Virus record (IMG/VR): IMGVR_UViG_3300049740_002155
Reading direction: 5' to 3' (one strand)
DNA length: 64,000 bases
Source: a virus
Taxonomy: Duplodnaviria; Caudoviricetes
Within the stretch, counting starts at the first letter, position 1. Every line of letters begins with the position of its first letter. Both the position numbers and the translations under genes were made by a program. Positions 10,136 to 19,261 of the stretch are shown here, one piece after another. The notes under the pieces were generated by a model. The model searched no databases. It was not told the origin of the DNA and saw nothing but the letters and a program-made list of their open reading frames with translations.

Positions 10136-10744
10136 ATGAAGATAACGCAAAATATACTCATAACAATATGCTTATTATTTTTTACAGGAGGTTGTGCAAC
10201 TCAATCTTTATTACCAACACAGGGGGTATATACTGAATCATCGTTTGAGACATACACTCAAGTTGAAGGTGTAGTTGAAAAAATAGTTCTAGGTGAAACA
10301 AAGTATTCTGACTTAGTTAAAATGGGACTAGACTTGGAAAATATTCCAAATGTAAAACGACTTACTTATCTCGATGTCATGAGTAAATTTAAATTAGATA
10401 GTCCGTCGAGATATACGTTATTTAATAAGATTGAGTTACCTGCGGGTGTTCTTAAAATGCTGGCTGCACGTGAAGATGGACTTGCATACGAAATTAATTT
10501 AGAAAGGATTAAAAATAAACGAGAAGGAAGTGTCATTTTAGATATACTAAACTTTAGAAAAAATGTACATACAACTGGTTGGAAGATAAGTGTTTTGATA
10601 TTAATTGTAGATGACACAGTAGAATATGTATTGTATTCTGGTGAGAAGAATATTGATACTTTAAAACGAGAACGAAATCCTTTGGGTCCGTTTCAAGGAT
10701 TTGATGGAGGTGACATCATTGGTGCGGCTAGTGATTTAAAGTAA
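10136..10744 (+). CDS. Predicted lipoprotein (moron-like) between terminase and portal
   Basis: Signal peptide MKITQNILITICLLFFTGGC with lipobox-like Cys; GGAG SD. Confidence 0.7.
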   Translation: MKITQNILITICLLFFTGGCATQSLLPTQGVYTESSFETYTQVEGVVEKIVLGETKYSDLVKMGLDLENIPNVKRLTYLDVMSKFKLDSPSRYTLFNKIELPAGVLKMLAAREDGLAYEINLERIKNKREGSVILDILNFRKNVHTTGWKISVLILIVDDTVEYVLYSGEKNIDTLKRERNPLGPFQGFDGGDIIGAASDLK

Positions 10745-10755
10745 TATATATTAGA

Positions 10756-10784
10756 TTGACATATATGTATATATTTAATAGAAT
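10756..10784 (+). promoter_or_regulatory. Sigma70-like promoter upstream of portal
   Basis: TTGACA-N17-TAGAAT; spacer also contains the variant ATATTTAA. Confidence 0.55.
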
Positions 10785-10806
10785 TTATCATTTATAAGGT
10801 TACACA

Positions 10807-12630
10807 ATGGCAGACCCTAAACAGAACAAATTATTTGGAGCATTAAAACGACTTTTTTCAAGTGGAGTTATTGTACGAAATGTCGGTGGAAAAAAACTAA
10901 AAGTAGCAGACACCGATAATTTACAGTATTCAAAAAAAACAAGAGACAAATATGATCGTATGCATACTTTGTATAGTGATTATGCAAACGGATTCAATAA
11001 TATAGGATTTCAGACTGCACGACTTGAATTGTTTAGTGATTATGAAGTAATGGACACCGATCCAATTATTTCAAGTGCATTGGATATTTATGCAGACGAA
11101 TCTACTACACGCAGTGAGTTTGGTGAAATACTAAAAATATCAAGTAATGATTCAAATGTTAAAGGTATTCTTGAAAATTTATTTTACGATATATTAAATG
11201 TAGAGTTTAATTTATGGGGTTGGATTCGTAATATGTGCAAGTATGGTGATTTTTATCTTCATCTTGAAATTGAACCTGAGTATGGTGTGTTAAATGTCAA
11301 ACCTGTTTCAACATATGAAATGACACGAATTGAGGATATGGATCCTGATAATCCACAATTAGTAATGTTTAAACAAGAAGGTCAGTATCGTGCAAATTAC
11401 GAAAACTATGAAATAGCACACTTTAGATTGCTCGGAGATACAAATTATCTTCCTTATGGAAAAAGTATGGTTGAGGCTGCTAGACGAACATGGAAGCAAC
11501 TTCAACTCATGGAAGATGCTATGCTTATTCATAGAATAATGAGAGCACCTGAAAAAAGAATGTTTTATATTGATATCGGTAATATTCCACCAAACGAAGT
11601 TGATAACTTTATGCAAAAGGTTATTAATAAAATGAAAAAAGTTCCGTTTGTTGACGAAAAGACAGGAGATTATAATCTAAAGTTTAATTTGCAAAACATG
11701 ACTGAGGACTTCTTTATGCCTGTTCGTGGTGGTGATAGTGGAACTCGTATTGAAAATTTAGGTGCAATGACCTACGATGGAACGGAAGATATTGAGTATG
11801 TTAAAAATAAGATGATGGCTGCACTTAAAATACCAAAAGCATTTTTAGGATACGAAGAAGGTATAACTGGTAAAGCAACATTGGCTGCCGAAGACATTAG
11901 ATTTGCAAGAACAATTGAGAGATTACAGAGAATCACGATAAGTGAGTTGACAAAGATTGCAATAGTTCATCTTTATTCACAGGGTTACACAGATGCCAAA
12001 TTAGTTGATTTTAATTTAAAATTGACCAACCCTTCTACAATTTTTGAAGAAGAACGTGTAAGAATATTGTCAGAGAAATTATCTACTGCACGTGATATGG
12101 TTGATGCAAAAATGTTTTCAAAAGATTGGGTCTATGATAAAATATTTGGTCTTGCAGAAGACGAGGTTAATGAAATTAGAAGTAACTTTGTGGACGATGC
12201 AAAGGAATTTTTCCGACTTGAAAGTATTCAAAATGAAGGAAATGACCCGGCTGACCCAACTCAAAATCAGACAGATACAGAAGATGATGGGTGGGGTTTT
12301 GGTAAACTTAGTGACGAAGAAAAGCAAGAAAAAATACATCAACGTGAAAAAGACGAAAACAAAAGAAAGAATGACGGAAAAAAATACGATCATCCGGATG
12401 ATAAACCAATGGGCCGTGATAGACTCGGTGCGGATGAAAGACGGAATTCTGGACGAGATTGGGGTGATAGTCCTCTAAAACTTGAAGCAGATTTGCAAAA
12501 GTTAGATTCTTTCTTGAAAACTTCTAAAAAAAGTGAAACAAAAATTGCAAAGTTATTAACAGAAAGTGAAGAAAAATCAAAAGATGATAATAGCAATTTT
12601 TTAGGTGAAGATAATTTAATTGAAAAATAA
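10807..12630 (+). CDS. gp20: Portal protein (T4 gp20-like)
   Basis: ALDIYADES, LMEDAMLIHRIMRAPEKRMFYIDIGNIPP, EDFFMPVRG, MAALKIPKAFL. Confidence 0.95.
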   Translation: MADPKQNKLFGALKRLFSSGVIVRNVGGKKLKVADTDNLQYSKKTRDKYDRMHTLYSDYANGFNNIGFQTARLELFSDYEVMDTDPIISSALDIYADESTTRSEFGEILKISSNDSNVKGILENLFYDILNVEFNLWGWIRNMCKYGDFYLHLEIEPEYGVLNVKPVSTYEMTRIEDMDPDNPQLVMFKQEGQYRANYENYEIAHFRLLGDTNYLPYGKSMVEAARRTWKQLQLMEDAMLIHRIMRAPEKRMFYIDIGNIPPNEVDNFMQKVINKMKKVPFVDEKTGDYNLKFNLQNMTEDFFMPVRGGDSGTRIENLGAMTYDGTEDIEYVKNKMMAALKIPKAFLGYEEGITGKATLAAEDIRFARTIERLQRITISELTKIAIVHLYSQGYTDAKLVDFNLKLTNPSTIFEEERVRILSEKLSTARDMVDAKMFSKDWVYDKIFGLAEDEVNEIRSNFVDDAKEFFRLESIQNEGNDPADPTQNQTDTEDDGWGFGKLSDEEKQEKIHQREKDENKRKNDGKKYDHPDDKPMGRDRLGADERRNSGRDWGDSPLKLEADLQKLDSFLKTSKKSETKIAKLLTESEEKSKDDNSNFLGEDNLIEK

Positions 12631-12648
12631 TTAGGTAAAATCTATTTT

Positions 12649-12662
12649 ATATTTATATTTAT
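12649..12662 (+). promoter_or_regulatory. Two overlapping ATATTTAT motifs
   Basis: ATATTTATATTTAT in the intergenic region after portal. Confidence 0.55.
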
Positions 12663-12693
12663 AGTCATATATATATTAAGACACTACATCGAT

Positions 12694-13563
12694 GTGAAAA
12701 AACTAAAACATAGTAAATACAAAAACACAGGCATTTTGTTCGAACTTTTGGTCAGACAAATAACGGCTGATGTATTGGATGGCAATACAGCATCAGATGC
12801 AAATAAGTTACTAAAAAAGCATTTCGCAGAGAATACTGCATTGGGAAAAGAGCAAAGATTATATCAACTATTGATAGAAGAAACAACCGGTGATTCTTCA
12901 AAGGCAGAGTCTTTGTTGTCGGTGGTTGTTGAAAATCATAAAAAATTAACTCAAAAAGAATTAATAGATGCTCGTTATAATTTGGTAAAAGATATTAAAG
13001 AGTCTTATCCAATTAATGATTTATTTAGATCAAAGATAAGAAACTATAAAACATATGCAAGTATTTACAAGTTATTTGAGAGTCACAATCCATTAGTTTA
13101 TTGTGATCCGAAAGAAATTTATGAATCAAAAAACACCATCTTAAAAAGTTTGTGCTCCCGCACTTCTGAAAAAAATGAAGTAGTTGATGTTAATGATTAT
13201 GAAAAGCAAAATGAAGATTTGCGATTAATTGCATACAAATTACTCGTAGATAATTTTAATAAAAAATATAGTTCACTTGACGAGTCTCAACAAACTTTAC
13301 TTAAAAATTATATAAATAATATATCAAATACAAATAGTTTGCGTGAGTATATAAACAAACAAGTTCCTTCGATAAAAAATAAAATTAACAAATATTCACA
13401 ATCAATTGATGATGATGTAGTTAAAATAAAACTAAAAGAAGTTATTTCTCAACTTGATAAAACAACTGCGGGTAAAGTTGTGAGAGATTCCCAGGTATCA
13501 ACCATTCTTATTAGTTATGAGTTAATTAAAGAATTGAAGAGACACACAGATGAAAAAAAGTGA
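12694..13563 (+). CDS. Hypothetical head-module protein
   Basis: 289-aa ORF, GTG start, KHSKYKNTGILFELLVRQ N-terminus, directly after portal. Confidence 0.7.
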   Translation: MKKLKHSKYKNTGILFELLVRQITADVLDGNTASDANKLLKKHFAENTALGKEQRLYQLLIEETTGDSSKAESLLSVVVENHKKLTQKELIDARYNLVKDIKESYPINDLFRSKIRNYKTYASIYKLFESHNPLVYCDPKEIYESKNTILKSLCSRTSEKNEVVDVNDYEKQNEDLRLIAYKLLVDNFNKKYSSLDESQQTLLKNYINNISNTNSLREYINKQVPSIKNKINKYSQSIDDDVVKIKLKEVISQLDKTTAGKVVRDSQVSTILISYELIKELKRHTDEKK

Positions 13564-14029
13564 ATTAAAAACTTTAATAAAAAAAATTATATGTGAGTTA
13601 CAAGACGAGGATTCCGACATCCACGAAATAAATACTACCGGTAACATTGAAGGTTATCAAACTCCACACGCATTTAGTTCTGATGATGAAGACGAACATA
13701 AAAAAGGAATTAAATCTACTGCTGAAGTATTTGACTATAAATCAACCGAAAATAAAAAAACAAATACGGTAAAGTTGAACGAAGGCAAAAGTTTATTTCA
13801 TACATTTAGAGATCATCCCGATCTGTCACCTGAACAGAAAATGGGAGTTGCGGTTCGTGAGGTCAATAAGTTATTAAGTGAGGTTGAAAAGATAATGAAA
13901 GTTTCTTCTCGTTATAAAACCGAATCAAATATTAATAGTGGTCGTATGTGGAAGACGACCAATAGATATCTACTAAAACTTGAAGAAAGATTAAAACGAA
14001 TATCTATGAAAATCAAAGAAATGAAATGA
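13550..14029 (+). CDS. Hypothetical head-module protein
   Basis: 159-aa ORF overlapping upstream gene; IHE/LNE motifs. Confidence 0.7.
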   Translation: MKKSELKTLIKKIICELQDEDSDIHEINTTGNIEGYQTPHAFSSDDEDEHKKGIKSTAEVFDYKSTENKKTNTVKLNEGKSLFHTFRDHPDLSPEQKMGVAVREVNKLLSEVEKIMKVSSRYKTESNINSGRMWKTTNRYLLKLEERLKRISMKIKEMK

Positions 14030-14039
14030 GGTAATTGTT

Positions 14040-14423
14040 ATGAAAAATTGTCAAAGATTAGATAATGTTGCAACCAACATGATTCCGTTTGAAGAAAAAA
14101 CAGCAAAACTTATTAAGAAAAATAAAACAAGTATAAAATTAACAAGTTCAAATACAGGTAAAACTCTTGCAAAAAAACTTGGTGAAAATTGGACCCCCCA
14201 TGCTAATTTGTGTGAAATATCATCCGAATCAAATGGTATTAAAACTTTTATACGGGTTAACAAAAATTCTAAAACAAATGAATTTGAATATTCATTTAGT
14301 TTTGATACATCTGAACTAAAAAATAATTCATTTAGAGATGTTAATGAGTTGAAGCAATCTGTGAGCAACTCACTTGTTGATGTAGTAAAAACAATTGCAG
14401 AGTGTGGCAATAAATTAGGTTAA
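14040..14423 (+). CDS. Hypothetical protein
   Basis: 127-aa ORF with GAGG SD. Confidence 0.6.
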   Translation: MKNCQRLDNVATNMIPFEEKTAKLIKKNKTSIKLTSSNTGKTLAKKLGENWTPHANLCEISSESNGIKTFIRVNKNSKTNEFEYSFSFDTSELKNNSFRDVNELKQSVSNSLVDVVKTIAECGNKLG

Positions 14424-14426
14424 ATT

Positions 14427-15065
14427 ATGTGTGATTGTGGATGTGGAAGTTGTGAGATAGCAGAGGATTCTTCTCAAAGTGATCCAAGTATGGATGATTT
14501 TAAATCTGCTCTGAAGCATCTTGGTGATTCAATTAAATCAGTACACAAGTCAAGTGAGGGTAAAAAATTATCAACGGAATACTGGTTAGACCTTGTAAAT
14601 CTTTTAAAAAAAGCAAAATTGGGTGTTTCGATGATGGAACTTGGTATTGATGACGAAGAAGAAATTAAAAATACACACGATGCTACAATCAAAAAAGTGA
14701 AACCAACACCTGACGGAGAAAAAGGTGAAGGTGGTCCTAGAGATGGAACTGAACCACAGAAATCTGATACTGATTCTAAGCAAACTGAATCAACCGATGG
14801 CATATATGATAAACTAAACCATTTAACTATTTTATTAACAGAGAACTCTTTTGAAAACATTGAAAGTGACGGAACTGAACTTCATATCTGTAAGAATGAA
14901 AGAAAGTTTACCATAAAATATGATGATTCGTTTTATATGATTTCTGAGAACTACAACTTTGATCTTGGTTGTGATGATTTAAATGATGTAGTAAATATAT
15001 TTATTAAATTGAGTAATCAAACAGAAACTGCATTAAAAGAAGATTATCGTATGTCAGCCCAATAA
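14427..15065 (+). CDS. Hypothetical protein with N-terminal Cys cluster (MCDCGCGSC)
   Basis: 212-aa ORF in the operon. Confidence 0.6.
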   Translation: MCDCGCGSCEIAEDSSQSDPSMDDFKSALKHLGDSIKSVHKSSEGKKLSTEYWLDLVNLLKKAKLGVSMMELGIDDEEEIKNTHDATIKKVKPTPDGEKGEGGPRDGTEPQKSDTDSKQTESTDGIYDKLNHLTILLTENSFENIESDGTELHICKNERKFTIKYDDSFYMISENYNFDLGCDDLNDVVNIFIKLSNQTETALKEDYRMSAQ

Positions 15066-15109
15066 CTTTAATTCTAAAAAAAAATAATTAAATTAAGATA
15101 CATATATAC

Positions 15110-15117
15110 TTATTTAT
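15110..15117 (+). promoter_or_regulatory. TTATTTAT variant motif 4 nt before gp21 ATG
   Basis: Intergenic, no SD. Confidence 0.5.
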
Positions 15118-15121
15118 TAGT

Positions 15122-15751
15122 ATGGCAAAAAAAATAATAGTATCTACAATGCCCTTTGAGTTTAGTCCTGAGCAGATAAGTGAAAGCATAGAAAAAAATT
15201 CAGGTAAACTATTGGTCAGAGGTATTCTGCAAAAAGCAACTGAGCAAAACCAAAACGGAAGAGTTTATAGTCGTGCTTTGCTTGAACGTGAAGCAGGTAA
15301 ATATCAAGAAATGATAAACGACAGACGAGCATTGGGAGAGTTAGATCACCCGGAGAGTAGTGTAGTCAATTTACAAAATGTAAGTCACAATGTTACAAAG
15401 ATGTGGTGGGATGGTGATAATCTTTTGGGTGATGTAGAAATACTTGGAACTCCTGCTGGTAATATTTTAAAAGAACTTTTCAAGGGTGGAATTACACTTG
15501 GAATCAGTTCACGTGGAATGGGAACAACCCGTGAGCACGAAGGAAAGACAATGGTAAACGATGACTTTGAATTGGTCGCATTTGATTTTGTCAGTAATCC
15601 TTCCACCAGAGGTGCATTTTTAGAACCGGTTAAATTAAACGAATCAGTTACACATGAGACTAAAGTTGTAACAGAAGGCCGAGTTTGCACAAAATACTGC
15701 AAACTTGAAGGAATAATCCACGAAATACTTAATGAAGTAGGAGATATGTAA
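15122..15751 (+). CDS. gp21: Prohead core protease (T4 gp21-like)
   Basis: NQNGRVY, ALGELDHP (catalytic His), LGISSRGMG (catalytic Ser), FDFVSNPST. Confidence 0.93.
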   Translation: MAKKIIVSTMPFEFSPEQISESIEKNSGKLLVRGILQKATEQNQNGRVYSRALLEREAGKYQEMINDRRALGELDHPESSVVNLQNVSHNVTKMWWDGDNLLGDVEILGTPAGNILKELFKGGITLGISSRGMGTTREHEGKTMVNDDFELVAFDFVSNPSTRGAFLEPVKLNESVTHETKVVTEGRVCTKYCKLEGIIHEILNEVGDM

Positions 15752-16209
15752 TGGCTACTGATAATAAACTACTAAAAAGTGTAATTCTTGAGGTTCTTCG
15801 TGAGGAAAAGCAAAAACAATTAAATGAGTTTAATCCTGATACCGGTAGATTTGCTGACGAGGGGTTGTCAAGTGAGCAAAAAAAATTAACATCTGAGAAA
15901 ATTTCTAAGTTCGGTAAATATCAAAAATATATTGCACTTGAGGCAAGAGACATGAATGTTGCAGAGGATATATGTAATATTGTAGAAAACGCATCCAAAT
16001 ATATTTTAAATGAAACTGATGACTGGTTTGATGCTATTAGTGTTAAACGGAATTTAAAAGAGATAAAAACTTTAGCAAAAGAATTCTATAAAACTGCAAG
16101 TGAACGACAAGTTTATACACAAAGAATGCAAAGTTTATATGAAGATATGGGAAATATTTTAAACAGATACTTTGAAATCAAAGGAGAATTATCGGATGAA
16201 CAGAGATAA
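15751..16209 (+). CDS. Hypothetical head-module protein
   Basis: 152-aa ORF, TAATG coupling to gp21; QLNE motif. Confidence 0.7.
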   Translation: MATDNKLLKSVILEVLREEKQKQLNEFNPDTGRFADEGLSSEQKKLTSEKISKFGKYQKYIALEARDMNVAEDICNIVENASKYILNETDDWFDAISVKRNLKEIKTLAKEFYKTASERQVYTQRMQSLYEDMGNILNRYFEIKGELSDEQR

Positions 16210-16921
16210 CTTAAAAAACTTTATTACAAAAGTTCTACTAGAAAAGGTAGACACTACACCAAATGTAATCGGCAAACTTGTTAAGAAAACCGTAAGTTTT
16301 CGTGGAATAGACAGACAATGTGTATGCGAAGGAACTATTGAAGATGCAAATCAGTATGCCTTTGAGAATGATCTTTCTTATACATTAGAGTCTTCGTCTC
16401 ACTTTGGGGGGCATTATGTTAGTGAAATGACTTCATACGAATTTCAACCAAATGCTGAATTTTACGGAGACTTAATGGAGACCAATTTGTCTGCAAGAGA
16501 GCAATTTTCTAGAATATGTGGAACAAATGACCAAATTTTAAAAGAAGTAGATGCCCAAGGTTCTGAAAACTTAGTCGAGTTTATCTGCACCGATAAGACT
16601 TTTCGTGAAGATAGAACTGATATGGTATTTGAAAAGATTAAATCTGATGTGAATGGAAGGATGTACGATAAAACTCAGTTTGTTAAATTATTTGAATATC
16701 TCGTAAAACAGGCAAATTTAGTATGTGAAAATAAAAATTTATCAGAGTCAGAACTAGAATATGCAACAAAATTACTTTCACAAAGATTTTTTAAAAATGA
16801 AATTGAGTCTCCGTCTTGGGTAACCGAAGCAGAAACATTATGTGGAAAAAAATCATTTAAAACAGGAAACGCATTGGAAAATATGCAAAGAATAGTATCA
16901 GGACACCAAATGTTCTTATAA
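16196..16921 (+). CDS. Hypothetical protein
   Basis: The ORF track start is 16172; ATG at 16196 follows GGAG. Confidence 0.6.
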   Translation: MNRDNLKNFITKVLLEKVDTTPNVIGKLVKKTVSFRGIDRQCVCEGTIEDANQYAFENDLSYTLESSSHFGGHYVSEMTSYEFQPNAEFYGDLMETNLSAREQFSRICGTNDQILKEVDAQGSENLVEFICTDKTFREDRTDMVFEKIKSDVNGRMYDKTQFVKLFEYLVKQANLVCENKNLSESELEYATKLLSQRFFKNEIESPSWVTEAETLCGKKSFKTGNALENMQRIVSGHQMFL

Positions 16922-16936
16922 GGAATAAAACTTAAA

Positions 16937-17677
16937 ATGAAAATAACAAAATCAGAACTTAGAGAAATTATTCAAGAAGTAGCAGACGAACTTGGTTTGT
17001 TTGAAGGTTTGACCGCTGCCCAAGAAAAACTACCAGAACCATTAAAGAAAGCAATTCTTAAAAAGCAAGGAAAGCAAGAAGAGTCAGATGATTCTGAAGA
17101 AGAAGCAGTTGAAGAAGGTTTGACCGCAGCCCAAGAAAAACTTCCTGAACCATTAAAGAAAGCAATTCTTAAAAAGCAAGGAAAGCAAGAAAAATCTGAT
17201 GATGATTCTGATGAAGAAAAAATTGAAGAAGGTAATGCGTTTGGAGCGGCAGTAAAGGCTGCACGTGACAACGGAGATTCTGAATTTGAAGTAGGTGGAA
17301 AAAAGTATAAGTTAAAAGAGAAAAAAGAAATCACAGAGGACACAGAAGAATTTACTGGTGAAGAAGACGAAGACGATGTAGAAGAAGGAAATGCATTCGG
17401 TGCAGCTGTAACTAAAGCAAAAGAAGATGGAGATTCTGAATTTGAAGTAGACGGAAAAACTTACCAAGTTAAAGAATCATCATGTGACCAACACGAAGAA
17501 GACGAAGATGACGTTGAAGAAGGAAACGCATTCGGAGCAGCCGTTACTAAAGCAAAAGAAGACGATGACACCGAGTTTGAAGTAGATGGTAAAACATACA
17601 AGGTTCGTGAAAATTGGTCTAAGATTACACTTGCAGAAAAACTAAATAGAATGCTTGGAAATCGTAAAGTTTTGTAA
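16937..17677 (+). CDS. Acidic repeat protein (probable internal head protein or polyprotein)
   Basis: Two EGLTAAQEKLPEPLKKAILKKQGKQE repeats and three EEGNAFGAAV...EFEVxGKxYxVKE-type repeats. Confidence 0.75.
   Translation: MKITKSELREIIQEVADELGLFEGLTAAQEKLPEPLKKAILKKQGKQEESDDSEEEAVEEGLTAAQEKLPEPLKKAILKKQGKQEKSDDDSDEEKIEEGNAFGAAVKAARDNGDSEFEVGGKKYKLKEKKEITEDTEEFTGEEDEDDVEEGNAFGAAVTKAKEDGDSEFEVDGKTYQVKESSCDQHEEDEDDVEEGNAFGAAVTKAKEDDDTEFEVDGKTYKVRENWSKITLAEKLNRMLGNRKVL
17003..17191 (+). repeat. Two 78-nt near-identical in-frame repeats (17003-17080, 17114-17191)
   Basis: Direct comparison; differences are at synonymous positions. Confidence 0.9.
17225..17610 (+). repeat. Three in-frame repeats of about 95 nt starting at 17225, 17381 and 17516
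   Basis: Each encodes EEGNAFGAAVxxAxxxxDxEFEVxGKxY. Confidence 0.85.
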
Positions 17678-17706
17678 AATACTACACCAAAAACACTTAA
17701 AAAACT

Positions 17707-17736
17707 AAAAAAGGGAAGAAAATCTTCCCTTTTTTT
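17707..17736 (+). terminator. Intrinsic terminator
   Basis: AAAAAAGGGAAGA-AAA-TCTTCCCTTTTTT followed by T. Confidence 0.8.
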
Positions 17737-17778
17737 ATATATTTTTGTATATTTTTAAATATTTGTTTACATAAGTAT

Positions 17779-17786
17779 ATATTTAT
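17779..17786 (+). promoter_or_regulatory. ATATTTAT motif upstream of scaffold/capsid operon
   Basis: After terminator; downstream gene has an AAGGA SD. Confidence 0.55.
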
Positions 17787-17892
17787 CTTTCAAAATGTTT
17801 TCACTTTATTGAAAACCACAATTAAAGGTTTTAATTATTTGAAGTCCTATTAAAATGACTTTACCAAACTAATCTATAAAGGATAATTAACC

Positions 17893-19230
17893 ATGAGTAA
17901 ATTACTTAAAGAAGCTATTGCTGATGCGAAAGCAGTTCGTGAGACAGCCCTTGCCAACGCAAGACTTGCTCTTGAAGAAGCATTCGCACCACGTTTGCAA
18001 AGTATGCTTACCAAGAAACTCAGAGAAGAAGAATTAGAAGGCGAAGAATCAGAAGTTGAAGTTTCTGATGAAGTTGAAGAAGGTTCTTACTCCGAAGAGG
18101 ACGAGGAAGTTGCAGTTGAAGACGATGAAGTAGAAGAAGGTTCATATGCAGAAGATGACGAAGAGGCACCAGTTGAAGAACCGGCTGCTGAAGAGGCACC
18201 TGTTGAAGAACCAGCTGCTGAAGAAGAACCAGCTGCCGAAGAAGCACCTGCGGACGAAGAAGAAGAAGTCGCTGAAGACGATCTTGAAGCAGAACTATCT
18301 GCTGATGAAGACGAAGAGTCAGTTGAAGAAGACGCATTCGATTTAGATTCCATCATCAAGGAACTTGAAGATGAAATGGCAATCGAAGACGAAAACGAAG
18401 AAGAATTAGAAGAGCAATCCGACTCATCTGAATTAGGTACAGGTGGTGAAGAACACGTCAACGTTGCTGATAGTGACGATGAAGATCTTCCCGATGACAC
18501 CGAAGTTCAATCTGCACCAGTAGGTGAAGAAGACGATGAAATGCCAAAAGTTGCTGACATCGATGAAGATATTGATATCGAAATCGTTGACGAAGAAGCA
18601 CCTGCAGGTGACGAATCTGATGAACCAACTGCAACAGAGTCCGATGAAGAACTTGCTTTTCCAACTAACGAAGCAGAAGGATGCAACCAAGGTGGTGACA
18701 TCGGAGAAGACGATGAAGAAATCAACTTGGAAGAAATTCTCAAAGAACTTGAGGACGAGTCTGCTGAATTGGAATCTGACGAAGAGGAATCTTCAGAAGA
18801 AATCGCAGAATTTAAATCTGCAAACGAAAAGCTTCAAAAAGAAAATGATGAATACCGCAAAGTTTACAAATTTTTGCGAGGTAAGTTAAATGAAGTAAAT
18901 CTTCTTAATGCTAAATTGCTTTATACAAATAAGTTGTTTAAGGCACACGTATTAAATGAAGATCAAAAGTTAAAAGTCGTAGAAAGTTTTGACCTTACGA
19001 AGAATGTTCGTGAAGCAAAACTCGTTTATGCAACACTTGGTGAGAGTTTTCGAACTCAAGCAACACCTCCTGTAAAATCTGCTCCTAAAAAAGCAAAAAT
19101 TCAAAAGAATCCTCTTACAGAAGGAATTGCTTCAAAACCAATTAAATCAACAAAACCTTCCAAGAAGATTTTATCTGAAGGCAATGATCTTGCTGACAGA
19201 TTTAAGAAACTTGCAGGTATACAATCATAA
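17893..19230 (+). CDS. Prohead core/scaffold protein (gp22-like position)
   Basis: Extremely acidic centre; N-terminus LKEAIADAKAVRETA; C-terminal coiled coil LNEVNLLNAKLLY; immediately upstream of the major capsid gene. Confidence 0.8.
   Translation: MSKLLKEAIADAKAVRETALANARLALEEAFAPRLQSMLTKKLREEELEGEESEVEVSDEVEEGSYSEEDEEVAVEDDEVEEGSYAEDDEEAPVEEPAAEEAPVEEPAAEEEPAAEEAPADEEEEVAEDDLEAELSADEDEESVEEDAFDLDSIIKELEDEMAIEDENEEELEEQSDSSELGTGGEEHVNVADSDDEDLPDDTEVQSAPVGEEDDEMPKVADIDEDIDIEIVDEEAPAGDESDEPTATESDEELAFPTNEAEGCNQGGDIGEDDEEINLEEILKELEDESAELESDEEESSEEIAEFKSANEKLQKENDEYRKVYKFLRGKLNEVNLLNAKLLYTNKLFKAHVLNEDQKLKVVESFDLTKNVREAKLVYATLGESFRTQATPPVKSAPKKAKIQKNPLTEGIASKPIKSTKPSKKILSEGNDLADRFKKLAGIQS
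18160..18249 (+). repeat. 30-nt tandem repeat encoding EEAPVEEPAA (two copies plus a degenerate third)
   Basis: gaagaggcaccagttgaagaaccggctgct / gaagaggcacctgttgaagaaccagctgct. Confidence 0.8.
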
Positions 19231-19261
19231 TTAATCATAAAATTCAAAAGGAAATAATATA

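Noticed and set aside
17003-17610. Repeats spaced about 110-155 nt apart that could be mistaken for a CRISPR array
   Set aside because: They are in frame, longer than CRISPR repeats, vary at synonymous positions and encode peptide repeats; no cas genes are present
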